This document shows positions 27,811 through 40,700 of a stretch of 64,000 nt of DNA, piece after piece (the first letter of the stretch is position 1; each line of letters opens with the position of its first letter). The notes beneath the pieces were generated by a model, which was not told where the DNA came from, made no database searches, and saw only the letters and a program-made list of their open reading frames with translations. Both the position numbers and the translations under genes were made by a program. The stretch comes from Balanoglossus misakiensis (Eukaryota; Animalia; Hemichordata): the NCBI GenBank assembly GCA_040954595.2, contig CM082576.2, positions 9,985,129 to 10,049,128 on the forward strand, in the 5' to 3' direction.

Positions 27811-28567
27811 GACGAATGTCCAACTTTTGTTCTCTTACCCAGAGGTCTTGAACACCTTTTTGAGAGTTAACTCCAAAACCGGATACATAACAAACCAAAA
27901 GGTTGCTATCATTTTGGCTATTTCGTCGAGAAGAAAATATAAAACACTGGCACAAGAAATCAGAGTTTCTCCGAAACTTGCAATCTGTTGGACGAATGTC
28001 ACAAGAGATGAACGTGTTCTGAGAGAATGCGTCTGTGACGTAATAAACGAAATCATGATACAGCGCCCTCGTACGCCAACATTATTCGAACTCTCGTACA
28101 CACCTGGTCGTTGTGCTGGCGAACACGGGATGCGGGCCAGAAGGAGAAAACGCAGACTCATTTTAGACAAAAAAATGTCAAACTCACATGGCCAGAATTC
28201 AAGCCATAAGATTATAAGGTAGATGACAACCCAGATACAGTGTGTGGTTATCACATTCCGTGGCCTGTTGAGAATGTTGAGAAAACAGTTTTCTCAACTG
28301 TCCTTTTCTTGGTATTTTCACGAAAGGTGCCAAAAGAGGAGAGCAACTGTATTATTGAATGACCTACAGAACCACAATGTACATGGAAAAACTCGCTAAC
28401 ATAAACGTTTCCTGTAATGTTCAACCACGGTCTGTGTGGAGTGACCGTGGTTCAACTACAAGCATATAAAATATCAGAAGTCACTCGACTCGTGGAAAAT
28501 CCATATCATTGCTCATGGAATCTTTGTTTGCAGAAATATTTTCGAGGCGTTTTAGATGCAAGTGATA

Positions 28568-28809
28568 CGTGTGTGGGTTTCAAACTTACACGCACCTTTT
28601 TGCAAAAATTAAAAAGGCATGTGTAGGTTTCAAACTTACGCGCACCTTTTTGCAAAAGGCGTGTGTAGGTTTGAAACCGACACACACTTGTCGACGTCGG
28701 CCACAAGGTGCGTGTATTAAAGTTTGAAACCTACACACGCCTTTTTAAATAGTTTTTGCAAAAAAGGTGCGTGTAGGTTTGAAACCTACACACGCTTGTC
28801 GATATCGGC
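28568..28809. repeat. Array of about five palindromic units GTGTAGGTTT(G/C)AAACCTACAC, some separated by TTTTTGCAAAA palindromes
   Basis: Direct reading; ends about 190 bp upstream of the PARP1-A start codon. Confidence 0.85.
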
Positions 28810-29001
28810 TACGGTACACTGGGATATACGTGAACGTTGTGTAATACTAGTAGCAGGCTATGTGCTAAGTTACATATATCCGAACCCGAATCACAACCCG
28901 AAAGCGGGGCCACCTTATGCACTGTCAGCAGCGTCTGGTGAATTTGCAAAGCAAGTGTTTACAGTAGTCAGACCGCGTCTGGAGGTCGACAGTGTGGTAT
29001 C

Positions 29002-32000
29002 ATGGCAGACGAACACCAGGACTACCCCTTCAAGTCGGAGTATGCAAAAAGCAGCCGCGCGGCTTGCAAGCTGTGCAAGAATTCTATCAACAAGGAAAGT
29101 CTTAGACTTGCCAAGATGGTACAGGTATGTTTTTGGTAGGCAAAGGTTGTCTCTTGAAGTTTTAAGCTGGTGTCACGTGGGATTATCATGGGGGGGGGGG
29201 GGGACTGCAGTTTGTATCTTTCAAATGGTAATTTTAACACAAGCCCATTTCACCATTAAACTGAAGTGTTTCCAGCGCATTGGATATTCTTACAGGAAAT
29301 TGTCGAAATTGTCTTCGTCCAGTCGCGTCCGCGTCCGCGTCGCCCCGCGCGTCCCCCCCCCCCACGCGCGCACTCAAAAGGTCTACGTGTTTAGAGACAG
29401 GGACCCGCAGCAAAATACTAGCCCCTCTCCTAGCTGCAGTTCAGTTGCTCGAGGTTTTGCCTGTTTTTGCTGTCTAACACACAAACCAAGGCAAAACCTC
29501 GAGCCTGCTGAACTCCAGCTAGCCCCCCCCTCCTCCTTGCGTCTTCATGACCCCCTACTACAGCCCCCCCCCCCCCCGGCTAGGCTACAGCCTAGCTGCA
29601 GTACCATACAGGGATTCCGTTGCGACCGGTTGTTAGTTCTTCATGCCTGTCTTTTACAAAACATGTCTGTTGTTAACATTTTCTGTGATAGAAATTTGAC
29701 CCCCCCCTTCTCATACCCAGCTAGTCAATCAGTCAAAACCTCTAAACCGGTGTATTTGTATTTCAGTCCCCCCACTTTGATGGTAAGGTACCAAATTGGT
29801 TCCACTACAGTTGTTTCTGGAAGAGAAACAAGGTGTCATCCTATGGCGAGATAGGTAAGCTAGCTCAATATTGTCACGTGCAATTGATACAGTCGCAACT
29901 TTGTAGACAATAACTGAACTGAAATATGAATTTCAAAATCCTGTAGACGCAGAAGGACTACTAAGTGCTGAACTGATAAACAGCAATCACATTTGTGAGA
30001 AAACTGTTGGCCATACTTTTCATAAGTCTAGCGCCCTCACAGGCCAATGGGGAAACACCCTTGACGTGATTGGTCAACTTTTCCCCATTGGCCTCGAGTT
30101 GAGTTCAATTTCATGAGGTATTATAGGTATGTTGAGCACCCCAGACAGGCCTGATAGTTGAGTTTAGATGTCTCTTTCCTTTTCTTCACTGTGAACTTCA
30201 GGTGGCATTGACACCTTAAGATGGGAAGACCAACAGAAAATCAAGGATAGAATTGCCGGCGTCGACGCTGGCGAGAGCAGTAAAGGAGACGTGACTGAAG
30301 TCGACTCTGCCATGTTAGAGGAATTTACTTGTGGATATGCCAAATCAAACAGAAGCAAATGCAGAGGATGTGATGACAAAATAGCAAAGGTACGATTTCT
30401 GTGTAATGTCTTCGTCAGCCCTGTGTCCTTTGAGGAGCTTTATATTTCAAGTCATTTTTCAGACTGATGGAAATTTTGGACAAGGTTCACTATAAAAATA
30501 AGTTCCACAACTACATATACCTTAGTTGTTCATGTAGAGTTTTTCAAAAATCACTCAAAAAATCCCTGCCTCTACTAAGTGTACAAGGTGATGTTCTTTT
30601 GCATTCAGGATACGGTGCGCATTGCCAGAATTCTGATGGAGACACAGCGGGGGATGACTTTACCCGTTGAGAAATGGCATCATGTCGAGTGCTTCTGCGC
30701 CAAACTGGACGATCTTGGCTGGACCAGTGCCTGTTCGGTGGAAAACGTCCCAGGGTTCAAGACACTCTCGCCTGAAGATCAGGAAGAGCTGAAGAAAAAG
30801 CTGAACAGTGATAAAAAATCAAGGTACATAAAATGATACATAAATATTTTATTATATTTTGTGGAGGAAAAAGGCTATGTTTCATCCAGTGAAAGCATAA
30901 TTTTCGAGAATCTTCACTTCAGATAAAATGTAACCATGACAATCTCTTAGATACTTTCTGTTTTATTTGCGGCAGTAAACGCAAAGGTGAAGAAGCAAGC
31001 AACACTGTAGAAGCCAAGAAACCCAGAGTGAAAGTGGACAAGAAAGAAGAAGAAGCTCTGAAGGTGAGGCGTTGTGTGATCGACGGTTATATCTCAGAGT
31101 GCATCTCAAGAGTACATTGTATTGTAAGATGCAGCCAGACCCCTTGACTGTCTGACATGACACTGCTGTATGAAAGTGGTCGTGTCATGGTATTTGAAGT
31201 TGAACAGAGAAGACATAGATCCCTCTTCTCAACATTTGGAAAATATGCAAGATAGAAAGAGACACAGAGTTTATCTGTATGTGAAGTTGTTGGTTTTCTT
31301 TCAGGCTCAAAGTAAATTTATTTGGGGAATACGAGACCAGCTGTACAGACATGTACCAAACAATACCTTGAAAGATTTACTGGAAAGCAATGATCAAGCT
31401 ATTCCGAGTGGGGAGAGCAAGGTAATGTAACTCTATTTTCCCCCCAAGCTTTCAACTGGCTCATTGAGTCCAGAAATCAAAATCATGAGTGGGGGAAGGG
31501 GAGGGTGGTGCAGGCAGAAGATTTGTCAGCATTAATTTTCCAACACCATTGCTTTATCACGTTCAAACTTATAACAAGACATGTTATAAGAATTCCCACA
31601 TCTGTGAATATCAAATGAATATGTATCTAATTAGCATACACACCTGAATAAAAGTGACATCACTGGGGTCATCTCTTCAAATGCCTGTTTTGTGTCTCTA
31701 TTACAGCTGTTAGACCGTGTTGCTGACGGCATGGCCTTTGGTGCACTGTTGCCTTGCCCTGAATGCAAGGAGGGCCAGTTGGCCGTGGGAGGCTCTGGCT
31801 ACCACTGTACGGGTAACATCACCAGCTGGACCAAATGCATGTACAACACGAAAGAACCCAAGAAAAAGAAGTGGGTTGTAGGAGAAGACTTTCATGACAT
31901 TGATTATCTGTAAGTGCATTGTTTTGCGACAACTATAAAGTGCTGCCGAATTTCATGTACACGTCAGTTGCTGTTGCTGGTACTGTTTCAGATGACCACT

Positions 32001-34740
32001 GATGCACATGCAAAATCTTCCATTGTTGGTCTATAGATTATCACCCTTTATACTTACAGAATTACAATGTCTGTTTTTTTACCCTTGTATGAGAGATTGT
32101 GCAGTCTGTCCAAGTCTACAGAACTAATTGTCACGTTGTCACCTTTACTTCACATTTTCACAAAATCTTATCACCCCCACACAGGAAGAAATTCAAGTTC
32201 AAGGCTTTCAACAAGGGTGTGAGAGTGTTTGAAAACAAACCCGAGATACCGCAAGCAGCAGCCGGGTATGTGTACAGCCTCTTTTCCATTCACAGAATAA
32301 TTTTGATGTATTAAAAAGTTTTCGCTGAGCTGAAAGGGAAACTCCAAACAATATAATGGATGTGAGTACAGTGTATCTTGTCAGACAAGCATCTATGAAG
32401 TCAACCGCTCTTGTTTTCCAGAAGCAGTTCAGCAGGCTCAAGTAAGCCACTGCACAACTGTAGAATTGTCATCATTGGAAATCTGAGCAAAGAGAAAAAA
32501 GACATCACAAAGATTGTGAAGACTCTTGGTGGGGAGGTCGTTGCCAAGGTGACCAAGCAAGTTGCTTGTGTCATCAGTACCAAAGGTAGGGGAATACATC
32601 TTGTGCATGGATTATGAATGTTAAGTTGCAAACCTGTTTTTAATTACTGATGATTACCACAAGCTATTTCATATCTGGTACACAAGCAAGAGGATGAATG
32701 TATTTGTGTATCATTAAAATGAACAACCGCTTTTCATTGTGGTCACAGAGGAGGTTGAAAGCATGAGCAAGAAGATTGCAGAGGCCAAGAAGGCCGATGT
32801 TCACGTCGTCTCGGAAGATTTCTTGGAGAGCGTCAAGAAGGGAGGGGCTGCTCTCATGATACAGCAACACAGCATTGCATCATGGGGCGCAGATGTAAGT
32901 CTCTTGTTTTCAGTGTGTACAAAAAAATCACATTTTCCCTTGTTGTGGTAGCTGTTCAGTTGTGGTTACTTTTATAAGGTAGACCCACCTTAATTGTGTA
33001 GCAAGGTGTGAGAGGGGGTACAATAGTACCCTTAAAATGTGTTAGTTCTTCAAAAAGGGTGACGATAGTAAGTGCTGACAGTTACTCCAGAAACACAAAA
33101 TTGTTAAGCAATCCACCCCAAGTTTATGTATACTACATGCCTTTAGAAATCTGAAAAATATTCAAGAAGCTATTTCTTAATAGTTTTTGATATGTATTGG
33201 TATACACATCTTCTATTATTCATGTCTTTTGCTTATCTTACAGCCTACACAGAGAATTACAGCTGTTGAGACAACAGTTGATGCACCCATGAAGAGTGGA
33301 GTCAGCGCCAAAGAAGGTAAGTGTGACAGCGCCACCTATAGTCCAACTTTGCAGGCATTCCTGCCAGAGCTTATGCCTGTGTTGTCGATGACATGTGTGC
33401 CTGCCCTCGATAGTTGGGCTGGGCATAGTGCAATTATGGCAGTCAGCAGTGACCGGGCGGTGGGGTGGGGTGGGGGGTGAACTGATGCCTATTTGAAAAT
33501 ATAATATGGTAATGAAATTTTTAGTTGAGGTGTGTGTGCGTCCATCTTCCCGCTATTCAACGTAATACTAATAGACTTCCATGGTGATTTTCAGGCACAC
33601 TATCACACTGGGAGAGAAATATCGCACCATGGCGATGGCATTCGTTTGCCATTCCTGTGCCGTGACTGTGAATAAAAAGCATCTCCCAACATTATGTTGC
33701 CTTTCTTAAGGCTGTGTAGCTTTCAAGGTCACAATACACGGTCAGATACGGGGCAAACATTTCAAACACACACGTTGGCAGTCTTGCATCAAAGGACACG
33801 TCTAGGCAGTATGTGTTACTGACCAGTGGCGTGCGCTTAGTAACATTGCCACAGATCAACTCCAAGTCCTTGGATAACTGGGCACAACTGTAGTAATGTG
33901 TGTCACAGACAGATACGGGACGGACAAATAAATGTTTGCACCAACCTCAAGCACAAAATTTCCAATGGCTGATCTTGGCAGTAGTAATGTATATGAATTT
34001 TCCTGTTTTGGTCTGGACTTTACTTGTAGAAAAAATGTACACCAAGAGTGTACCTGACAAGCTGAAAATGATGGTGAAGGGCGGGGCTGCAGTGGATCCC
34101 GACTCAGGTAGGTGCAGCTTTCTCGTTTCCGTTATTTGACAGATTTCTTGAAATCCTTGTGTTGTCATGACAATGCAAGACGTGGATATCTTGTGGATAA
34201 GTGTATCACTTTATTGGGGGAGACTCACTGGAGTTGAGCTTACCACCAAGCAAACTCTGCTTGATTATTTCAGATCCGAATGAAGCTTTGTTAATTAACT
34301 TTATTAGTCTGCTTTATATGTATGAAAACACACATTATCTGTAGAGATGAAGTGTACTGCAATAAATTTTTGACAACTGTGAACACTGTTATTTGTATCC
34401 CTAGTGTGCGATCTCACTGAAAACATTTTGACTTTTGATATCACCCTGGGAAGCGAATTGTATTTCAAATGAATAGAGCCAGGATATTAACTGTTTCCTG
34501 TTTTGTAAGAGGATTACAATGTTGGAGGAAAGACCGACTGTTGATGAAATATGTTCGAAGACTGGGACAGAAATGAACTAATGTTCTCAGATTTGGGCCT
34601 GTTGGTAGTTTAGAAATGGATTGGTGTAGGACACGACTTGTGTGTTTGTTTTTCTGTTCCTTATAATATATAGAGTACATGGCCTAGAAATTCTGTTATT
34701 GAAATGGAAAAATGGACTTGCAAAGTGTGCGAGTGGCGAG

Positions 34741-34775
<35 letters not shown>

Positions 34776-37700
34776 AAGAGAGGGTGAGCAGAACTAGAAT
34801 GGGGCTATATGTACGTATATGTGTTTTTGATGGTCTTTGTGCCAGCACTGATCAATGCCCTTTGAAAGCTTCTTGAAAAGTGCGCATGGTTTTCAAAAGG
34901 TATTTTGTCATACTGAAGTCCAAAAGATGTACTTATTCCCGCTATTCAATTCACGTTGTAGTCTGAGGGTGTATTTTACAGAATTGAATCAGTGCAGCTC
35001 TACAGTCCTAGAATTAAGACCTCTCTCTATATAAAGGCACCACTAACCAATACGTAACTATCAATAGGTAACTGAGGAGGCTGAGTGTAGTTACCCTCCA
35101 GTTGTGCACAATGAATCACGAGTGAATTGATGTGTATGCCTCCGCAGTGTGCCCTGCGTCTCAAAAGTGGGATTCATCGTTTTTGGGGGAAGAAAAGATG
35201 ATTACCCGCTCGAGACAGCCTGGTTGCCATGGAAACAAGAATGTGCGCATCAATTTGTTTGTTCCATTGACTCTTGCGGCGCCTGTTGAGCTGTGTGATC
35301 ATTTATTTCCACGAAAGACTGTGAATTATGTCCTCGAACGAGAAAACAATGGGAGAGCTGCTTTGCTTGCGGCTCCCCCCGTGTGCATCATAATTGTTCC
35401 GTGCGTGAAGCCCAAGTCTCCTGCAGGTGGTGGGGACTGCGCGAGTGTTTACTCAATTTAGAAAAAAATCAGAGCCCCGAAAACCCTTCATTGTCGAACC
35501 AGAGAGGTTCGTTCAGATTGTGTCTGAGAGTTGCCCTGGAGTTAGTGCAAACATCTGGTGTGCATACAATCTCAGCTCTTCTGATAGTAGTAGTTCTCCT
35601 ACTGAATGATGTATTTTTTACACATTCACCCACTTCACTTTGGGAGACCAGCTCACCATTACAACAACTTGCTGAATACATATATTAATAATTATAATAC
35701 ATGTAGTAGTTCGTAGAATGAGAGTTAGTAGAAACATCCGGCGTAAATACAATCCCTGCTCTTGGCTGCCAAATAGTTGTGTTGTGGGTGACTGCAGATG
35801 AAACTGACGTGTACTCTGTAAATCTCATAAAAATATTTTTACATGCTTGCAGAATATATGGTCATTGATTATTTGATATGTGTCATTTTTTGCATAATTA
35901 ACATTCTCATCTTGATGTGTCAGGTCTCTGTTAAAACCATATCCGGTTAAATTTAAACTAATTGCTAAGTGGCATGTACATATAGCATCATCACAGTCTA
36001 CTTTTGCCCATACGCAGCCAACTTTAATTAGATTGCAACATCAGATGCGGCCTCAGTGGGGATGCAGTCAACGTGTATAATTGCTGTCATATTTTTCTTC
36101 CCCGTTAAGAGTAGAGGCGTCAAATTTGAACTCTTTGGACACATTAGCCTTTCCAGGAAAAAAGGACCCGTGATCAAATGTAACAGACATCGTGCATTTA
36201 CAGAATCGCGCGTACTCCTCTCAAAGCTACTTTGTAAGCTCAGATTCAAATCCCCAGAGACGATCCATACCGCCGTGAATTAAACGTACAAACATCGTTC
36301 TCAACTTAGCCATTAGCAAGTGTATTCATCTGTCGCAGAATAAAATGGGTGGAATTGCAGAAGTGATTACAAATGGAGTACAGGTGACTGCAGATGAAAC
36401 TGACGTGTACACTGTAAATCTCATACAAATATTTTTACATGCTTGCAGAATATATGGTGTTTGGGTATGAGTATTGACATATTTCTTTATTAAAATTGTC
36501 GTGCCCCTCACACTTCTAATAAATATATGTAAGCTGAATGTATTTGTTGCATTCATTAAATGTTTATGTGGATATTATTCCCTTGCAGGCCCAGCTCTTG
36601 CTTGCTTTGAGTTTTTCACCTATTTTTAGGTTCAGTAATATCAGGCCAGGGGGTTGGGGGTTGGCTGAAGATGAAGTTAAATATTTCAAAGGATTGTACT
36701 GCATACAAAATCATAACTTCGTGGCACTGTCTGCATTTGTTTCTTCGCTTCAATGATGGATGTCATTCTGTGGACTGACTTTAGAATACATGTACCTGTA
36801 TTCATGTTGCCCGTGTTTATATACCCTGGTTTCAACAATAATTGTTATCTATTCTGACAGATGATGCAGGTGCAACCATGCTTTTGCCCCAAGGTCATCG
36901 TGCAATCAAATGTCACGACAATTTTGTGTGATTACTGCCTCCCAGAAATAACAACTATTTTGTAAATTGAAATGTGGGTAATGAGAAACGATGATTCCTT
37001 TGTGAAGTAGAATGGCACATTGAGAGGGGGTGTACTTGGGTGATGTGGAATCATTATTGGGATTTGAAATCACTACATCATTTCTGTATGTGAAATACTG
37101 CCATTCCAGTCCAATTGCCTTTACTAGGTCAAAGGTAAAGGACACACTGTTCACATACAAATTCAAGCATGCACAAAATCAAATCACATCTTGTTTGGCA
37201 TGAACTGGAGGTGCTTTAATAACCAGTAACAACAAGAAAAACTGAACAATACTGATTTAACAAAGCACCCCACCTTTCTGTAGAAACAGGCAAGACAGAA
37301 AGGCAAAGTACAAAATACCATGATGAGGAAAATCATCAAATGGCAAAGTCTGAAACTGAACAGTATAAAAGTCAGCTAATAGGAGGGGAAACGACGTCAG
37401 GGTGGGAGAAAATGTGACTGGTAACAAAATGGCGTTCTGCAAGGCATCATGGGAGATAAAGTCAAACCGCGGGCGCTGCCACTAGAGGGCTCTCCCTATC
37501 ATAACAGCAATTAACCAAATTTTCAGCAAGAGACTTGCTATCAAATTTTACACAATTGCCTTTACTAGGTCAAAGGTAAAGGACACACTGTTCACATACA
37601 AATTCAAGCATGCACAAAATCAAATCACATCTTGTTTGGCATGAACTGGAGGTGCTTTAATAACCAGTAACAACAAGAAAAACTGAACAATACTGATTTA

Positions 37701-40700
37701 ACAAAGCACCCCACCAAAGCAGAGCTACCCAAACAAGATGTGAGAAAGGAGAAAAAGAAAGAAAACTCAACTACTCTAAACTATTACAAAAAAACCACCA
37801 CTGCCTCCACCCTTTTTAGACAAAGGAAAGGAATGGAGGAGAAACTGGCTAGGGCTACTGGGAGAGAGCCCATGATTGTAGTAATGTAGAAGCGCTCAGT
37901 GGCAGGAATGGCAAGAAAGTCTTTGTATACTATAGAGCGCCAGTCCCCTTGCAAACGAATCAACGAGTCTGATACTCCTGCCAGGGAAGCTGTGGTGGCC
38001 CCCCTTCACTTGAGGCTGTGAAAACTGAAGCCTAGAGGGTCAAGGCCAATGGCGGTGACTAGCGAACGAAAACGCTAGGTTAAAACAGGCTGAGTGAGTG
38101 GTTTAAATGTGCTACGGTGGTAAATTACACATGCTGGGGAGGAGGGTGAGGCTGGAAGCAACTCAATCATATTGCATTATGCAATACGCGAGAACTGGGC
38201 AAACAGCACTGTTTGGCAGCAAAGCCAGAGGGTTGATGTATCTGTGTCCATTGGCAGCGAGTGTGATCCTGTCAATAACACTAGTGTCATCAGTGTCTGA
38301 TAAAAGGGTGCATGCGGAAGCAACAGTGTCCAAAGTGTCCATGTCCTGTACAGCTGCAACTGAGGCTGAATTAGAAAACAAGTGTGAACTGAGTCGCTGC
38401 AATGGAGGCGGATTTGTCTGTGACATTGCGAATTCCATCTGTGGGAGAAGTGACGTACGATTCGATTGCTGCAAGTGTGGCGGAATAGTGTGTACCTGTA
38501 CTAACATAGGTAGGCTCACCCACTGTGGGTTGTGAAGACTGTGTAATGGTGTCTGTTGTGCTGACAATCAAGGATTGGTAACCATGGCTGAGGTAGTGTA
38601 GATTGCGCGTCCAGTGGATCCATCTGTGTGAAATCTAGCTGAATGCAGAGACGATGGTTTGGTAGGGGTCTCAACTGTGGAGCTCGCAATAGAGCGATCT
38701 GCAACTGCGGCGGAAAAGTCAGTTGGGATGTAGGTGTCGGTGAGTCAGCCTGTGGGTTGCTTTTTTGGTTTGTATGGACATTCACTTGGTGGGTGTGACA
38801 GTTGAAGGTCGCGGATACGCAAACAGAAACGACAGATGTGATGTTCCATTATCCCTTCCTGGTTGTTGTGGTCATTGTTGAACTTACATTTTCCCAGCTG
38901 GTAGTCTGCACAGTATCTGGGGTTTGTCTTGTATTTGTAGCTGGTGTTGGCTCTCATAGGGGCTTTGGTCAACTTGATATGTAAACATCTGGCTTTCTCC
39001 TTGGTGAAATCATATTGCCATGTGTTTTCCCCAGTCTCGATACAACGCAGGACTGCACAATGGAGCTCCCTGACATCGGCCCATTGGTAAATTTCTGCTA
39101 GGTGTAATAGTTCTATAAGGTGATCAGTTCTGGCAAGTCTGGTGGCAAGTGGCTCTACATGGTGGATGATGTATAGTTCTCCACGTACTAGTGCTGGCAT
39201 TGACAATGTGGCATATGATTGGTCATCAATGCTGCTGTCGGACTTGTGGGCATATTCGTGTGGCCATGGAACTTGGTAACGCACTTGCTCGCTGGATCTG
39301 CGAGCCACACCAGACTTGGGCTTTTTGCGATTGTGGCGTTTACGGAAGGTTTTGTAGTGCTGCTTACCTCCCTGCTTGAGCTGCGTGGCAGAGTCTGAGT
39401 CTGTACAGGATGACGAAGATGCTGTGGAATCTGTGTCAAACATCTTGGTATGGTGCTTGAATTTATTAACTTTGCGACCGAGAGCAGCATCATGGCGAAG
39501 AGATGTAATGGTGGGCTTGTCCTGAGAATCCTCCATACCTGTAGGCGGTTTTGCCTTCAACTTTTTATTTCTCGCTAGTTCTCTCTTTAATTCTATTTCA
39601 ATCTCCAGCTCTTCATTTTCCTTCTTAATCGCCTCAAGCATTTGCTTTTTAGGGCTGATAATGTCTCGATTACCTTCGCTGGTGTCCGGCTTAGACCATT
39701 CTGTCTTGATTGTGTCCTTTGTATTTTTCAAGTGGTCAGATGGTGTCACACTTGAAGTGCTGGCGTGGGTTTGAGGCGACGATTTGTGGTCCATCTCGAA
39801 GGAGTTGTCCTTGTTTTCTCTACAGAGGTGACCGGAAGGTCCTTTGTGGTGTTTCAAGTCGATAAGACAGGTTCTGCAAAGTCTTTGCGGCCTAGATGAC
39901 ATCGGATTGCAAATTGAGATTGCTCAGAAAATGTGACTGGTAACAAAATGGCGTTCTGCAAGGCATCATGGGAGATAAAGTCAAACCGCGGGCGCTGCCA
40001 CTAGAGGGCTCTCCCTATCATAACAGCAATTAACCAAATTTTCAGCAAGAGACTTGCTATCAAATTTTACACCATTCCACCGTGAATCTCATCTATGTTA
40101 CTGGGCAGGGCAGACCTTGGCAGATTGCACAAACTGCAATCCTGGAGACTAGGTGAAATAATGGCAATGAAAATTGAAAGCTCAAGTCCTTGATGATGTA
40201 AGGCTGATTGAATTGTAGAATGCATCTTCTCATCCAGGACAAAGTACATAAAAAACACATATTCAGAAACCTGTATTTTTGCAAGCAAGCCTTCAATCAC
40301 CCACAAGCTTTATTTTGCACTGCAGAAGTAATCTACTTGGAGAAGGATTGTCTAGTTGGATTGCACATTTTATGTTAAGACTTGCTGTCTGCATGTTGTT
40401 AGGTGTGTGAAGTCTCTCTGTGTCCCATTACCCAGCATTCTGTGCTGCTCTCGCATAGAGGGACACACAGACATGCTGGCAATGTCGCAGTGTTTTGTTT
40501 CTGGTTATTAAATTGAATACAGGGGACCAAACTAAGATCAGCCATCGTCGTAGGGTCAACTACAAAGTGGTAATTTTTTACCACAGTGTGTCACCTTTTA
40601 ATAGTCACTGATCTGTCAGAACGACCATAAATTTCACCATAATTGGAAGTCGGACAAGTATACCCATTACTGACGGCCAAACTTGCACAAAAGGGGGGAT

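Larger units (their letters stand above)
37112..40072 (-). mobile_element. Non-autonomous tyrosine-recombinase retrotransposon (Ngaro/PAT type, DIRS order) with split direct repeats
   Basis: Minus-strand order: A1 (40072-39926), gag, YR remnant, B1 (37715-37553), A2 (37553-37407), spacer, B2 (37274-37112). A is 147 bp and B is 163 bp; each pair reads as identical. No RT/RNase H seen. Confidence 0.9.

Noticed and set aside
27653-28222. 189-aa plus-strand ORF
   Set aside because: N-terminal part crosses a hairpin repeat; no recognisable motif or convincing splice context, so unsupported without a search
28724-29854. 376-aa plus-strand ORF
   Set aside because: Runs through the palindrome array, PARP1 exon 1 out of frame and low-complexity intron 1; no protein-like features
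37101-37108. CCATTCCA near both ends of the YR element as a possible TSD
   Set aside because: Offset from the left boundary by 3 nt, and YR elements normally make no TSD
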